Positions 23,524-35,727 of a stretch of 64,000 bases of DNA are shown one piece after another. The DNA comes from Mobula hypostoma (taxonomy: Eukaryota). The notes below the pieces were generated by a model. It saw nothing but the letters and a program-made list of their open reading frames with translations, made no database searches and was not told the origin of the DNA. The stretch lies in NCBI RefSeq assembly GCF_963921235.1, contig NC_086098.1:117862001-117926000 (forward strand), in the 5' to 3' direction. Every line of letters starts with the position of its first letter. The first letter of the stretch is position 1. The position numbers and the translations under genes are program-made.

Positions 23524-26069
23524 GATGAATGCATGGAACACATTTGAGATTTTGCAGATTAACATTTTGAGAAACCAACTTGGGGAATGATTAACCTGGA
23601 TGTCTGTGTAATGAGAAAGGCTAAATTGATAACCTTGTTGAAGACCTTTGGAGAAGAAAGGGTTAGACATCGAGTTTCAAATTGATGCAGGTCACTACAA
23701 AACCAACACCTTGAACCTAACTAGAAGACACTATGAACATGAGAGGAACTCAGCAAAAGCTAAGAAATTGATAAATGAAGGAAGACAAAACTGGAGTGTA
23801 GACTGTTGAGAGAACACTGGCCCACAGTAGGAGGCCGGCTGCTCAGAGAGCTGGTTTATAACAAACATTTTCACATGTGTGAACCAAATGTAAAACAATG
23901 GGTTATGTTAATCAGCTTTCACTAAACCAGGCATTGGATACCTTCAATAATTGTGACATATATCAAGGAAGCTCCCACAACAACTTATCAAACATGGTCA
24001 CAGGCATAATTGTTCTGCCAATGAAAAATTGGGATATTTCTATAGCCAGAGAGTCTGCCCTCACAACACAGATTTAATAGCCTCTGGGTTCTGTCCTGTC
24101 TTTCGGACCACTCATGTGAATTACTTTGTCCCAGACAAGGTGTTTGAACATTCAGAAGTGTATTGATAGTTTTAAAAAAGTGTTCCCATTGTAAATATCT
24201 AACTCAATACAACCATTTCCCAAACATTGAAGTAAATTGTATTGACTGCTATTGTAATTGTTGAAATCCAGCTGATCTACCTCAAGCACGCTCACTGTGA
24301 TAGCTGTCTAATCTCATTTGTCCGAATTAGACCCATATCCCATTATGCCGGTTTTTTCCAAACAGTGTTGCCCCCACCATCTCCTTTGGCTGCGTGTTCC
24401 ATTATTGCACCATCCTGTGTGTGAAATGTTAGTCTCTCAGATCCTATTTAAATTTCTGTGCTTTTGCCTTAAACCTGTGCCCGCCAGTTCTAGACTCCCC
24501 TAGGGAAAAGACTTGTCTATTTTATCTAAGCCCCTCAATTTTATAAACGTCTATAAAGTCACCCCTTGGATAATTTCCAAAGAGAATAGTCCCGATCTGT
24601 CTGATCTCTTTAACTACAGCCCTTCTTCATAACCTTATTTACCTGTGTTGCCACTGTCAGTGAGATGTGGGCTTGCATCCCAAAACCAACACTACTAAGG
24701 CCTCTACTATTTACATACTGTACATGTCCTACCAGAATTTCACTTCTCCAAGTGCATTCCCTCACTCTTATCCAGATTACATTTCATTTACCACTGCTCC
24801 ACCCACCCAACTCTCCAGCTGATCTGCATTCTGCTGTATGCCCATGTTTGTTCAAAATAGAAGTTGATATTGAATGATCTGCAGGAATGTCAAGAATGTT
24901 TGAAGGATTGTATTGCCAGCTCCTGTTCCGATAGCTTGGGTGAAGCCAAAAGAGCAGGAAATATTAGTGGGAATTATTTACAGGTCAACAAAAAGCAGTT
25001 ATAAAATTGAGCATGGTGTAACTGGTAAAACTTGGTGTTGTGAGGTCTATCACATACAGACCCGGCATGTTTAATTGGTGGAAAAATTCAAGAAAGCAAG
25101 TACTTTTCTAAGATTAACCTTTCGAACAACAAAAGGGAAGAAAAGACCATTTTATATACAGTATTGTTAAGAGAAAGGATTAACAACCTTGTTGGAAAGG
25201 GCCATCAGGTTAAAATGATCAGAATATGATAACAATTTTGTATCTAATTCAATTAGTTTAAAATCTAAGGAAAAGAAGTTAAGAGGGTAAGAGGGAGTTA
25301 GTGCTTCTGGATATACGATTGGCTCGATGGCAGGAAACAAAGGGTGATGGTGAAAGGACTGGAGGCCCATGACCAGTGGTGTGCCTTGGGTCAGTACTAG
25401 TCCCATTGTCATCTATTTCAAACATCTGGTTAAGAATGTATAAACCATGTACAATGACATTTGTAGTTGGCACTAAAACCAAAGGCATAGAAGTGAATGA
25501 GGAATCTTAGTGGAAAACACTGAGGTAGATGAAAAGCAAGAGCAGGTGACCTACTCTAGTTCCAACTTCCCACGTTCAAATCACTGATTTCAAACAGAAC
25601 GCCTTGGTGGAGTTGCTTATCAGTCTATTGGCAGTTGTAATATTGGTCAGTTACCTGGCGAATTCACAGAAGACAACATTACAATTCCACCGAAATTTCA
25701 GACTTCTGCTGAAGATAAGGAATTTAAGAAAATTTGTAATGAACAGTGAGATTAAAAGCCATTGCTCTCCAAGTACTCAATGATATATACATCCCAGAAA
25801 TGTGTATCTGTGCACAGGTTACCTTTTAACATTCTATAGATTCCACAATGTTTCCTTCACAGCAGAACGACAAATCTGATATTGCTTTTTAAGAAGGGTG
25901 AGAGAACTCTTGGAACATCTGAGCCAGACACTGGTAGTTGGGAGAGGGCTGGAATCTGCATTGAAGGGTGCAAATACGGGACAGTAGGATTTAGCAGTCA
26001 GTGGCATTCTTGACAACTGGACTTGTCTGTAGATGTTACTGGGAGAATGGATAAGGGGAAATCAGCAGA

Positions 26070-27990
26070 TTGTAGCAAATGGTAAGACTTTTAATGAAGT
26101 CCCATACGGGTCAGTAAAGCATATAGTACTTGGATTTGGGGGTAATGTACCAATCTGGAGATTTTTAAAGAATGTATTCATTTCCAATGATATTTGCCTT
26201 CATCAGTTAAGGCACTGAGTGTAAAAGCAGGCAAATCATGTTGTAGCTGTATAAAACTTGGGACAGGTTATATTTGGATTTAGTTCTGGTCAATGCATTA
26301 AAGGAAGGATGTAGAGGCTTTGAAGAAGGTGCAGAAGAGGTTCACCACAATGTCACCTGGTTTGGGAGAGGTTGGATAAGCTTGCATTGGGAAGGATGAG
26401 GTTGTGGGGTACTTGGTGGCACATAAAATAGGTCAAAGTCAGCATAATTTCCTTGAAGGGATATCTTTCCTGACAAATCAGTTGGGAATTATTTGAGGAA
26501 GTAACATGCAGATAGACAAAGGAGAGTCAGTGGATGTTGCTTTCTTGGATTTTCATAAGACCTTCAACAAGATGCTGCTTAAGAGATGAACCCATGGTAT
26601 TACAGGAAAGATACTAGCTGGGATGGAAAGTTGGCTAACTGGCAGAAGGCAAAGAGTGGGAATAAAGGTGGCCTTTTCTGGTTGCCTGCTGGTGACTAGT
26701 GATGTTTTGAAGAGGTCAGTGTTGGGACTGCTTCTTTTCACGTTATATGTCAATGATTTGGATGATAGAATTGATGGCTTTGTTTGAGGACGATACGAAA
26801 ATAGCTGGAGGGGTAAGTAGTGTTGAGGAGACAGAGAGTCTGCAGAAGGACTTAGATTGGGAGAATGGGCAATACAGTGGCAGATGGAATAGAGTAGGAA
26901 GTATTTTGGTCATGCATTTTGGTAGAAGGTATAAAGGCACAGAATATTTTCTAAGTAGGGGAAAAAATTCAAAATCAGAGATACAAAGGGACTTGGGTGT
27001 TGTTGTGCAGGATTCCCTAAAGGTTAGCTTGCAGGTTGAATCAGTGGTAAGGAAGGCAAATGCAATGTTAGCATTCATTTTTGGAAGGACTAGAATAAAA
27101 GAGCAAGTATGTAATGCTGAGGCTTTGGTCAGGCCACACTGAGCTTTTTTTTCAGCCCTTTACCCAAGAAAGGATGCACTGGCATTGAAGGTCCAGAGGA
27201 AATTCATGAGAATTATTCTGGAAATGGAAGGGTTAACACGAGGAGTGTTTGATGCCTCCAGTCCCGTACTAGCTGGAGTTTAGAAGAATGAGGGGAATCT
27301 TATTGAAGCCCATTTAATGTTGAAAGCCTAGATAGTGGATGAGTGTAGAATCAGAGGGCACAGCCACAGAATAAAGGACGTCCATTTAGATGAGGAGGAA
27401 TTTCCTTAGCTAGAGGGTGGTGAATGTGTGAAGTTCATTACCATGTCATTTAGTATATTTAAAGCTGAAGTTGATTGGTTCTTGATTAATCAGGGCTTCA
27501 AAGGTTGTGGGGAGAAGGCAATGGAATGAGGGATAATAGGATGGAATGGCAGAGCAGACTTGATGGGCCAAATGGCCTAATTCTGCCCCTATGGCTTACT
27601 TTATTACTTTTCTGGAATGTCAGAGCGTGAGCGGTGATCTGATAGAATTTAATATTTTGAGAAGCATCAATCGGGTAGATAGAATCATTTTCTCCAAGGT
27701 GAAAAAGTCACTTAGAGGACATAACTAATGAGAAGTGGAAAGTTTCAATGAGATTACGAGACAAGTTGTTGTTTTACACAGAGGATGGATGTACCGCCAG
27801 CAGAGGTGGTAGAAATAGATGCAATAGCAATGTTTGAAGCATTTAGATAAGACACATGAACAAGTAAGTAATGGAAGGATTTGGGCCAAGTGCAGGCAGC
27901 AGAGATGAGATCAATATAATGGTCAGTACTGATGTAGTAGGGTGAAGGGTCTGTTCCTGTGTTGTACTGTTCTCTGGTTATTGCCTAGTA
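26070..27990 (+). mobile_element. Cluster of degraded, nested CR1 fragments
   Basis: FEDDTKIAGGVSSVEE, QRDLGVVVQDSLKV, VVRKANAMLAFI remnants and two CR1-like 3' UTRs. Confidence 0.75.
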
Positions 27991-29259
27991 CCTCTCTGTG
28001 CTGTCTGTGCATTTGGCTCTTATAAGCCACGTTTGAAGTTGCCTGGGTCTTGTTGTATGCAGACATTGAACACCGCAGTCATCAGGTGACCATTCCCACG
28101 TCTGACTCTGATGATCGGACGATTGTTGATGGAACAGCTGAAGATGGCTGGGCCAAGAACACTGCTCAGTGAGCTGCTGCCGAGGTCAACCTCTGAAACA
28201 GCCATTTTCTGTGGTGTGAGGTACAACCATTAGGAAGCCTACTAATGGCCTTTGGTGCCTACTACCTTCCTGGTTAACTGGGGCTCCCATTTCAGTCACA
28301 GTCACCTTCAAGGAACTTGTGCTCTTCAGTCCATGACTGGACCCAGGCTCTGTGACAACATCTAGAACCGAGTGGTCCTGACACTACACCAACTGGCACA
28401 AGGTTATCAGTAAGCAAATCTACTTAGCAACACTACTGTTGGCGTGCGATGTAGCAGATTCAACCCATTATGTGCACAGCCTTTGGCACCATCATGTATC
28501 TACCAGAAGGCAACATCTAAAGATTCACTCTCTCTGGGACACCTTAACTTCTTGCAGGAGGTCGAGAAGCCTGAAGTCCCATGCCTCTAGTTTCAAGGGC
28601 AGCTTCAGCTATTCAATCCTAAATCAACCAGCACAACACTGATCGCTATCTGGGCTGTAGTTTGAGGGCTCTTGGCCAGTGAAATTTGGAGGAATTAAGG
28701 ATCTCTGAATGGATGTAGGGAATGGTTCTCCTGGCTGAAGAGTGTCCGAACAAGTAACAGGAACAGGCTCTTCAGTACATGGGTCAACAGATTTCTGGAT
28801 AGTTAACAGATATGGTGACAGCGCAGAGTAGGAAGGTGGGAGTCAGCTGCAATATTCATGGTCAGAGGAGCTATTCAAGGCAGCCTAGTCCTGCACCAAT
28901 GTACCTTGCCGTGGTCCTCCTGCCCCTTCACTCAACTCTCCTTTCTTCTATCCCAATTCTCCCCTTGCCTTCCTCCACTTTGCAGTTGCTCACCTTGGAA
29001 TCACTCCCCATGTACCTATAAGCTCTCCTCCCTGCCCTCTCACGATCTGCCAGAACAGGAGAACAAAAGCTGTCTATCAGCAGTCAGTAGAGTGATTAGT
29101 TGTCAGTCACCAACACGTCACCCCCAGCTAGGGAAGGCACAGAATGGAAACTTGCATTTGGATGTCAGTGTGTACAGTGACCCTGAACACAGGACTCTCA
29201 GTTTTTCACACTACTCTCTGTGCAGGAAAAGTCATTAGCTTTGGGGGAAGTGATGCAGA

Positions 29260-30355
29260 TAGAGGTCTGGGCAGCACCTAATAAGGCATGTGACAAGGTC
29301 CCTTATGGGAAGCTCATCAAAGTTAAGACTGAGATTATAAATCAATTATAAGAGGTGTACATAGGGTAAATGCAAGCAGGCTTTTTTCAATGAGGTTGGG
29401 TGAGATTAGAACTAGAGGTCATAGGTTAAGGGTGAAAGGTGAAGCGTGGAACAAGCTGCCAAAGTCTTGGACGCAGGTTCAATTTCATGTTAATAAGTTT
29501 GGATAAGTACCTGATGTGGAGAGGTATGGTCTGGTTGCAGGTCAGTGGGGACAAGGCAGAATAGTATGATATTGACGAGATTGGCCAAAAGGCCTGTTTC
29601 TGTGCCACAGAGCTCCTTAGGATGCATGGGACCCACAGTGAACTGGCCATTTAGATTCAGAATTGATCTGTCAATAGAAGCAAGAGGATAGTGGTCAATG
29701 GGACTTACTCTGGCTGGAGATCCATAACCAATGGTATTCCACTGGGACCTCCACTGTACAACTGACCTGGATGAAAATGTGGATGGATGGCTTTTTAAGT
29801 GGGTGGTGTGGATAATCTAGGATTGTCAAAGGATACAGTGGGATATAGACCAGTTGCAAGTTCAAGTGGAGATAAGGCATGTGTTGTTTAATTTTGCCAA
29901 GGGTGAGGTGCTGCACATTGGAGTACTGTATTGCAATCAATTATGAACGCACCATTGTCGGAAAGGTGTGGAGGCTTTGGAGAGGATGCAGAAGAGGTAT
30001 GCCAACATGCTGTCTGGATTAGAGTAGATGCCACAAGGAGGTTGGACAAAGTATGGTTGCTGGTTTTCTGGAGTGGCAGAAGCTCAGAGAGCTGACAGAA
30101 GTCTTCTTCCCCAGGGTCAGAATGCCCTGTAGGAGAGGGTGTGAATTTAAGGTGATCTGGGGGTGGGGCTGTGTTTAATGGAGAATTGTAGGGCATGCTT
30201 TGTTTAACAGAGTGGTGATTGCCTGGAATGCACTGCCAGCTACAGTGGTGGATGCAAGTATGATAGGTCATGGAAATTGTGCAGGCAGTGGGCTGAGTTT
30301 AGTTACTGGTTTAAGTAGTCTGACACAACAGTGGGCCAAAGGGCCAGTTCCTGTC
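29260..30355 (+). mobile_element. Highly degraded CR1 fragments
   Basis: GACAAGGTCCCTTATGGGAAG (DKVP), TGGTATTCCACTGGGA and CR1 3'-end-like segments. Confidence 0.55.
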
Positions 30356-31099
30356 CTTACTTAGTTAAATCCTGTACCCATCACTTCCTGCTGCTTCATT
30401 TGACACACATCCACACTAACAATCAGGAACTCCGCCTGCTGATGGCACTGTTTATCCTAGAATCTCCACAGGGAGCCTCCTCTGGGTACGAGAGACTCTG
30501 CCCAACTCTTTCCAGCAGAGTGTCCCACCGTTCTGTAACTGGGGCCGTTTGTCGTTATTGGTACCGCAGCTCCAACCCATGCGGCAGTGGTGCTGAGGGG
30601 AACTGGATTTGCAAAGAGCCAAACCATGACGACACTGAGTGGTGGTGCAACTGAGAGACACTGACAGTATGCTACACAACGAATGACCATGTCCATGTGA
30701 TAATTATCCCATCCCCACCAAATCCTCGCAACCTCCGGTACATGGCCACTCAAAATGGAGGACAGGCACCCAGATGGCAGAGACCCTCCAGTTCATTTGT
30801 CGGCAGCATGTGGAGCAGACGACCATACACACTACCCACCTGTCCTGCCTGCCCTCTGGGCTGCACGGAGACCCCATCAGCCATCTCAACAGTTAGACAG
30901 GGAGCAGTCTGCAGTGGAGGGCAGATCCAGGGGAACCTTCCCGAACTGGGGAAATGGGAAGGTGCTGTACAATTGGAATCAATCCGATAACAAGACACTA
31001 GATTCTGCGGCCCAGGTAGAACCCCACAGGAGGTGTGGAGAGCTCCAACCTGAGCTTGGGGTTACTGGCTCAGGTCAACTCCAGGTAACCTCCCTCCCC

Positions 31100-31520
31100 C
31101 AGTCACACCGGGTGCAGGACAGACCAGCTCACAGAGGGCATTAGAAAGGATGTTGCCAGGACTCAAGGGTAACAGAGAGAGGCTGAACAAGTCTGGACAT
31201 AGGAGAATGAGGAGCAATCTTATAGAGAGGTGTAAACAGGAGCATATATTGGGGGAATGCACGCTGTCTTTGTCCCAGCGTTGGCAAATAAAGCACGAGA
31301 GGGCTGAGAGGGGGAGGGATTAGGAATAGGAATATGAGGGGCAATGTTTTCATCCAGAACATGGTCTGTATGTGGAACGAACTGCCTGAGGGAGTGGTTG
31401 AAGCAGGGACATTAACAACATTGGAAAGGCATGTGGATAGGAAAGGAAGGGTTTAGAGAAGTGGGCCAAACTGAGATGGGAATCTGGTCAGCATAAACCA
31501 GCTGTGCTGAAGCTCCTATT
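31100..31520 (+). mobile_element. Degraded CR1 3' fragment
   Basis: AAGGATGTTGCCAGGACTC, GGAGAATGAGGAGCAATCTTATAGAG, TGGAACGAACTGCCTGAGGGAGTGGTTGAAGCAG. Confidence 0.6.
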
Positions 31521-33174
31521 TTTGGGAGGTATGATTCAACAGCAGAGGACAGAGCAGCCCATTGGAGGACCAACACTTGAGACACAAATGGAAAAAACAA
31601 CTCCACCCACCATGGACACAGTGGGCTGCGTTTTTTTTTAAAGATTACTTGTTTTTCAGCTGACAACAACCATTAAAGAGTTAACCATTGCTGTATGATA
31701 TAACAGCAGTGTACAGTCTCACCTTACAGACAACCCTTCCCTGCATATCAAGTTACTTTCATCAGAAGATCCCAAACATCGCGGGACGTGCTGCACCCTC
31801 CCCGGTGGTGAGGTATTTCCCACCTCCTACACAGGCGGACCACCACCAACGTTCCAACGTCAGGGACTTCCATCTCACAGCCGACGATGGCTCCGTGGGA
31901 TCACCACAGCCAAGGCCAATGCTCCGTCCTGAGGCACAACCTCCCCAAGGTTTGTGGTCAGGAAGCAGATGAATGGTTGAGATGGCTCGTTCCGGGTCAT
32001 ACCAAAACCCACCCCACCAAGCCATTGACGCCTGTGGCACCCCAATTCCATCACCAAATGGTGGAAGTCGTGAATGCAGCTTCCCAGTTGCCTAGAGGTC
32101 AGGGAGGAGGTTATGTGTGAATGAGGTTCAGTTACATTACAGCACAACAGCAAGACATCTGTACAAGTGACACTAGACGTTCAGGACCCTCCTGACACCA
32201 ATGGAAACTTCCCCAAAGCTCACTCTCCTGATTAATGTATTGAGTTCAGTGGTATTATACCTCAATAAGAGACGGGTGCACATGGGAAGCTCGAGAAGTC
32301 TTGAGACAATACCACAATGTCATAGACTTTGAGGGGGAAATTATCACACAAGCAGCAATTATGTTCCTCTCACAGTCCTCTAACCTGCTGATGGGATGAT
32401 GAGTGATGATCAGGCCAAAACACAGACAGGAGAGGAAACTTGACTCAAATTAATGTGGGTTAATTATGGTCCCTCTCAGAGTGAGGAGGTGGACAAGAGA
32501 AAGGTTGCCGAGTGGAAAGACAAAGAGCCTGTTGTTCACCAACATCAACTGTGTTCATGGTGCCGGCTTCGAGGGGCTGAGTGCAGGATGGAATCCAGTT
32601 CCCTCAGAAGAGGCCAGATGACTTGAAACTGCCATGGTCCCAACAGTCTGCACAGGAGCGTGGTGAAAAAGGGGTGGAGGGGACAGAGTAGCTCCAACCT
32701 ATCAGCAGTGGTCAGTGGTGTTGGAGCCCGAGGCTCGAATGATACAAGGAAGGCGGGAGATCCTCCCCAGGTCTGTGCTCTCAACAGGACAGCCCCACAC
32801 TTGGACCAGCCCCCGTCGGCCACTGGCACGAAGGTTCCAGGCTCCACTCACTCCCGTACCCTGGGGGCTATATAGGGCGTGTCACTTTCTGTCTGCCCTT
32901 TCCCCATTCCGACCTTCCCTTAAGCTCAGTGATGACTGCTTTACCATTCCAGAGGCTGTGCAGCTCAACCACCCCACACCCCAGTGGTAACCGTGTGAAC
33001 GCAAGGTCCCGACCAGTGCCTGTCCCTGGGCTGTGCACGGCACGGGAGGGGAAACTTTGGAGGCACTCTACCGTCAGGCCGTGAGCTCCAGCCTCTGGTG
33101 AGAAGCCACCAGCAGCTCCCCCCAGATCTGCAGCTTATCCGCTCGGCCCTGCTGGGGAATGTGGGTCAGCCAGA

Positions 33175-34040
33175 CATCTAACTCTCCTCTACCTGGTTCG
33201 GGAGGAGGGTCAAACTCTGTTACCCTGGAACTCTCATTCAGCACTGGGGTACAATCGGAATTCAATCTACAGTACACAACGCAGGAAGCAGAATAAAGTT
33301 TAACCCTTGTGACCCCAGACCTCAAAAGGAGCTGGTCTAACTCTCCATTATCTAGGATGAGTGACTTAGAAGAGTGAGAGCATTTATGACTCAGGACCCA
33401 GAAATGGTCAATGACCCGCTGCTTGGCACGAGGACCGGTGGGGGTTTGGAGTTTAACCCTCATTAACTGCCTGGGATCCAGTGAGAGGGAGGGTATAACT
33501 CTGTTCTCTGTTACAAGGGGCCAAGGGATGGGACAATTAAACCCTGTCAGTGGGACAGAGGGAAACAGTTTAACCCTCTAGTACCCAGGACTGAGTAGGG
33601 TATGGAATTTAACTCTCTGTTATCCGGGATCAAATGCACCGGGCAGGGGGAATGGGAGGAGGGGGAGAGATTACCCCCCCCCCCCATTATCGAGGACAAA
33701 AGAATGGGCTGTTTTAACCCTGTTACTAGACAGGGGAGGGAATATGTTAACCCTCCATTACCCAGGACTGAGTGCAGGACAGCTTAACCCTAATGTTACC
33801 CAGTGTCTAGTTGGATTGGGGGTGGGGGGGGGAGAGAGAAGAGGAATGAGTTTAACTCTCCATTACCCAAGATCAAGAGGACGGCAGAATTTAACCCTGC
33901 TACCCAAGACTAGAAGATGAACCAAAACAACTGTTGGTGGGAACAGGCAAGGGCAGGGTTTAATTTTCCCATTACGCAGGAGTGCAGAGGAACCCAGGAC
34001 TGAGCTGAGCACCTGGTTTAACTCTCCCCTCGGTGACCAG
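33175..34040. repeat. Degenerate tandem motif (about 16 copies of TTTAACYCT..TTACCCAGGAC) in the presumed FBXO28 3' UTR
   Basis: Copies at about 33297, 33336, 33451, 33568, 33607, 33712, 33746, 33783, 33850, 33889, 33958, 34016 and others. Confidence 0.7.
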
Positions 34041-34216
34041 TCAGTCCTTCTGTGCCCCATCCACGTGATGCCAGTGACCGGGGCAGGCTGGGTCCCACTC
34101 CCCACCCCACAACACTGAGCCGCCCTCCTGACCTGCAAGATGTCATGCTGTACTCCACGCCTGCACACACACACTGACAGATAGACACGGGAACAATAAA
34201 CCACTGGAGCGCCGGC

Positions 34217-34647
34217 TCACTTCCGGCTCCGAAGACGCTTGTTACTGCCCTCAGGCGAGCCGTTCTTGCGTTTCTGCCCGCTGGGCAACTGTCCGCCCCT
34301 TGCCCTGGTGGCAATGACCTGCTCCAGCAGCTCCTGCAGGTCCTTAATCTTCTGCTCGCTCTGCTGGTGCTTGAGGGCGTGCTCGCCCAGCTTACGGTCC
34401 AGTTCGGCCAGTCGGGCATTCTGCTCCCCGATGATCTGGTTCTGCTCCAGGATCTTCTGGTCCTGGTCCTGCAGCTGCTTGAGCTGCTCCTGCAACTTGA
34501 CCCGGATCTCTGACACCTCGCGGCGGGTGGTGGTCACGTTCAGCCCCTGTGCTTTCACCTGCTGCTGCAGCTTGCCGAGTTCCTGTCGAGCTGGGTTTTG
34601 CTTAGAGAAGAGCTGTACGGCTGTCAGGGCAGTGGATGGTCCGGGGA
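34217..34647 (-). CDS. FBXO28: F-box only protein 28, exon 5 (last coding exon)
   Basis: Acceptor TTTGTTCCCCAG|; phase-1 join gives VPGPSTALTAVQLFSKQNPARQELGKLQQQVK...QDQDQKILEQNQIIGEQNARLAELDRKL...KRLRSRK-TGA. Confidence 0.95.
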
Positions 34648-34689
34648 CTGGGGAACAAACGGGAGAGCACCGTTAGACCATCAGCTAAC

Positions 34690-35105
34690 AGAAGAATCAT
34701 TAATGGCCACCAGACCATCAAGTTACAGCTGATATTTTCTCCTGCCTTCTCCCTGTTACCTGTAACTCTATTACCAATCAAGAGCCTGTCAATCTCTGCC
34801 TTAAACACACCCAATGACTTGGCCTCCAGAACCATCTGTGGCAACAAGTCCCTGGATTCATTACTCTTTGCTGAGCAAATTGCTCCCCACTGCTTTATTC
34901 TGAGACCGTGCCCTCTGTCCCTGGACTCTCCTACTAAAGGAAATACCCTCTCCATGTCAATTCTATCCAGGCTTTTCTACATCTGTTTGGCTTCAATGAG
35001 ATTCTACTCACTGAACCCGGCCATTCTCAACCCCAACTCCATCGGGTCCAACCCAGAGACAGCAAGCGCTCCTGGTATACTGAGGCCTTGGGATCATTCT
35101 TGTGA
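34690..35105 (-). mobile_element. Degraded CR1 3' fragment in FBXO28 intron 4
   Basis: MERVFPLVGESRDRGHGLRIK...LLPQMVLEAKSLGVFKAEIDRLL. Confidence 0.7.
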
Positions 35106-35727
35106 ACCTCTTGACATGGAGCCCAGGCAGCCCAGCGTGGAGGGTTCAGTGCACACGATGCAAGAAGCTGCAAGCGACTGCAGGCTCCACTGGCTCCATC
35201 ACAGACACAACCCTCCTCAGCACCGAGGACATCTTCAAAGGGTGTGCCTCACAGTGGGCAGCATCCATCACCAAGGATCCTCCCCATGTCCTCTTCTCAT
35301 TACTACCATCCAGGAGTTTGTATAGGAGCCTAAAGACCCAAATGCAACTCCCTACCGCCCCCCACCCCGCCCCGCAATCTGATTCCTGAATGCCCCATGA
35401 CACTACCCTTATTTCTTGCTTTTCACTCTCTATTTTGTAATTGACAGTAACTTTATGCCTTTCCACTACTGCTACTAAAAGCAAAAGAAATCACACCATC
35501 TGCTTCAGCGAAAAGAAACTCATCCCGATTCTCTTCTCAACTCCTCTGCGGGGCCAGCACACCCCTCCTTAGGCACAGGGTCCAAAGCTGCTCACAGACC
35601 GAGGACCTGCCCCAGTGAACCAGTTTCCATCCTGGTCTCCCATGCTGACTGGGAGGAGTTTGCAGGCTCTTGTACACAGGTTTCTTCCTGGTGCTCATTT
35701 CTTCGCACATCCCAAAGGTCCATTGGC

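Noticed and set aside
25824-26027. Albumin-like or carboxylesterase-like assignment for the Cys-rich frame
   Set aside because: Resemblance is limited to a few residues, the frame has several stops and synteny gives no support
30331-33100. Cluster of short overlapping ORFs as an extra gene
   Set aside because: No recognisable domains or consistent splice phase; ORF density is explained by higher GC, probably distal FBXO28 3' region plus LINE relics
33290-33900. Interstitial telomeric repeat
   Set aside because: TAACCC occurs only as isolated single hexamers inside a longer motif, never as tandem (TTAGGG)n
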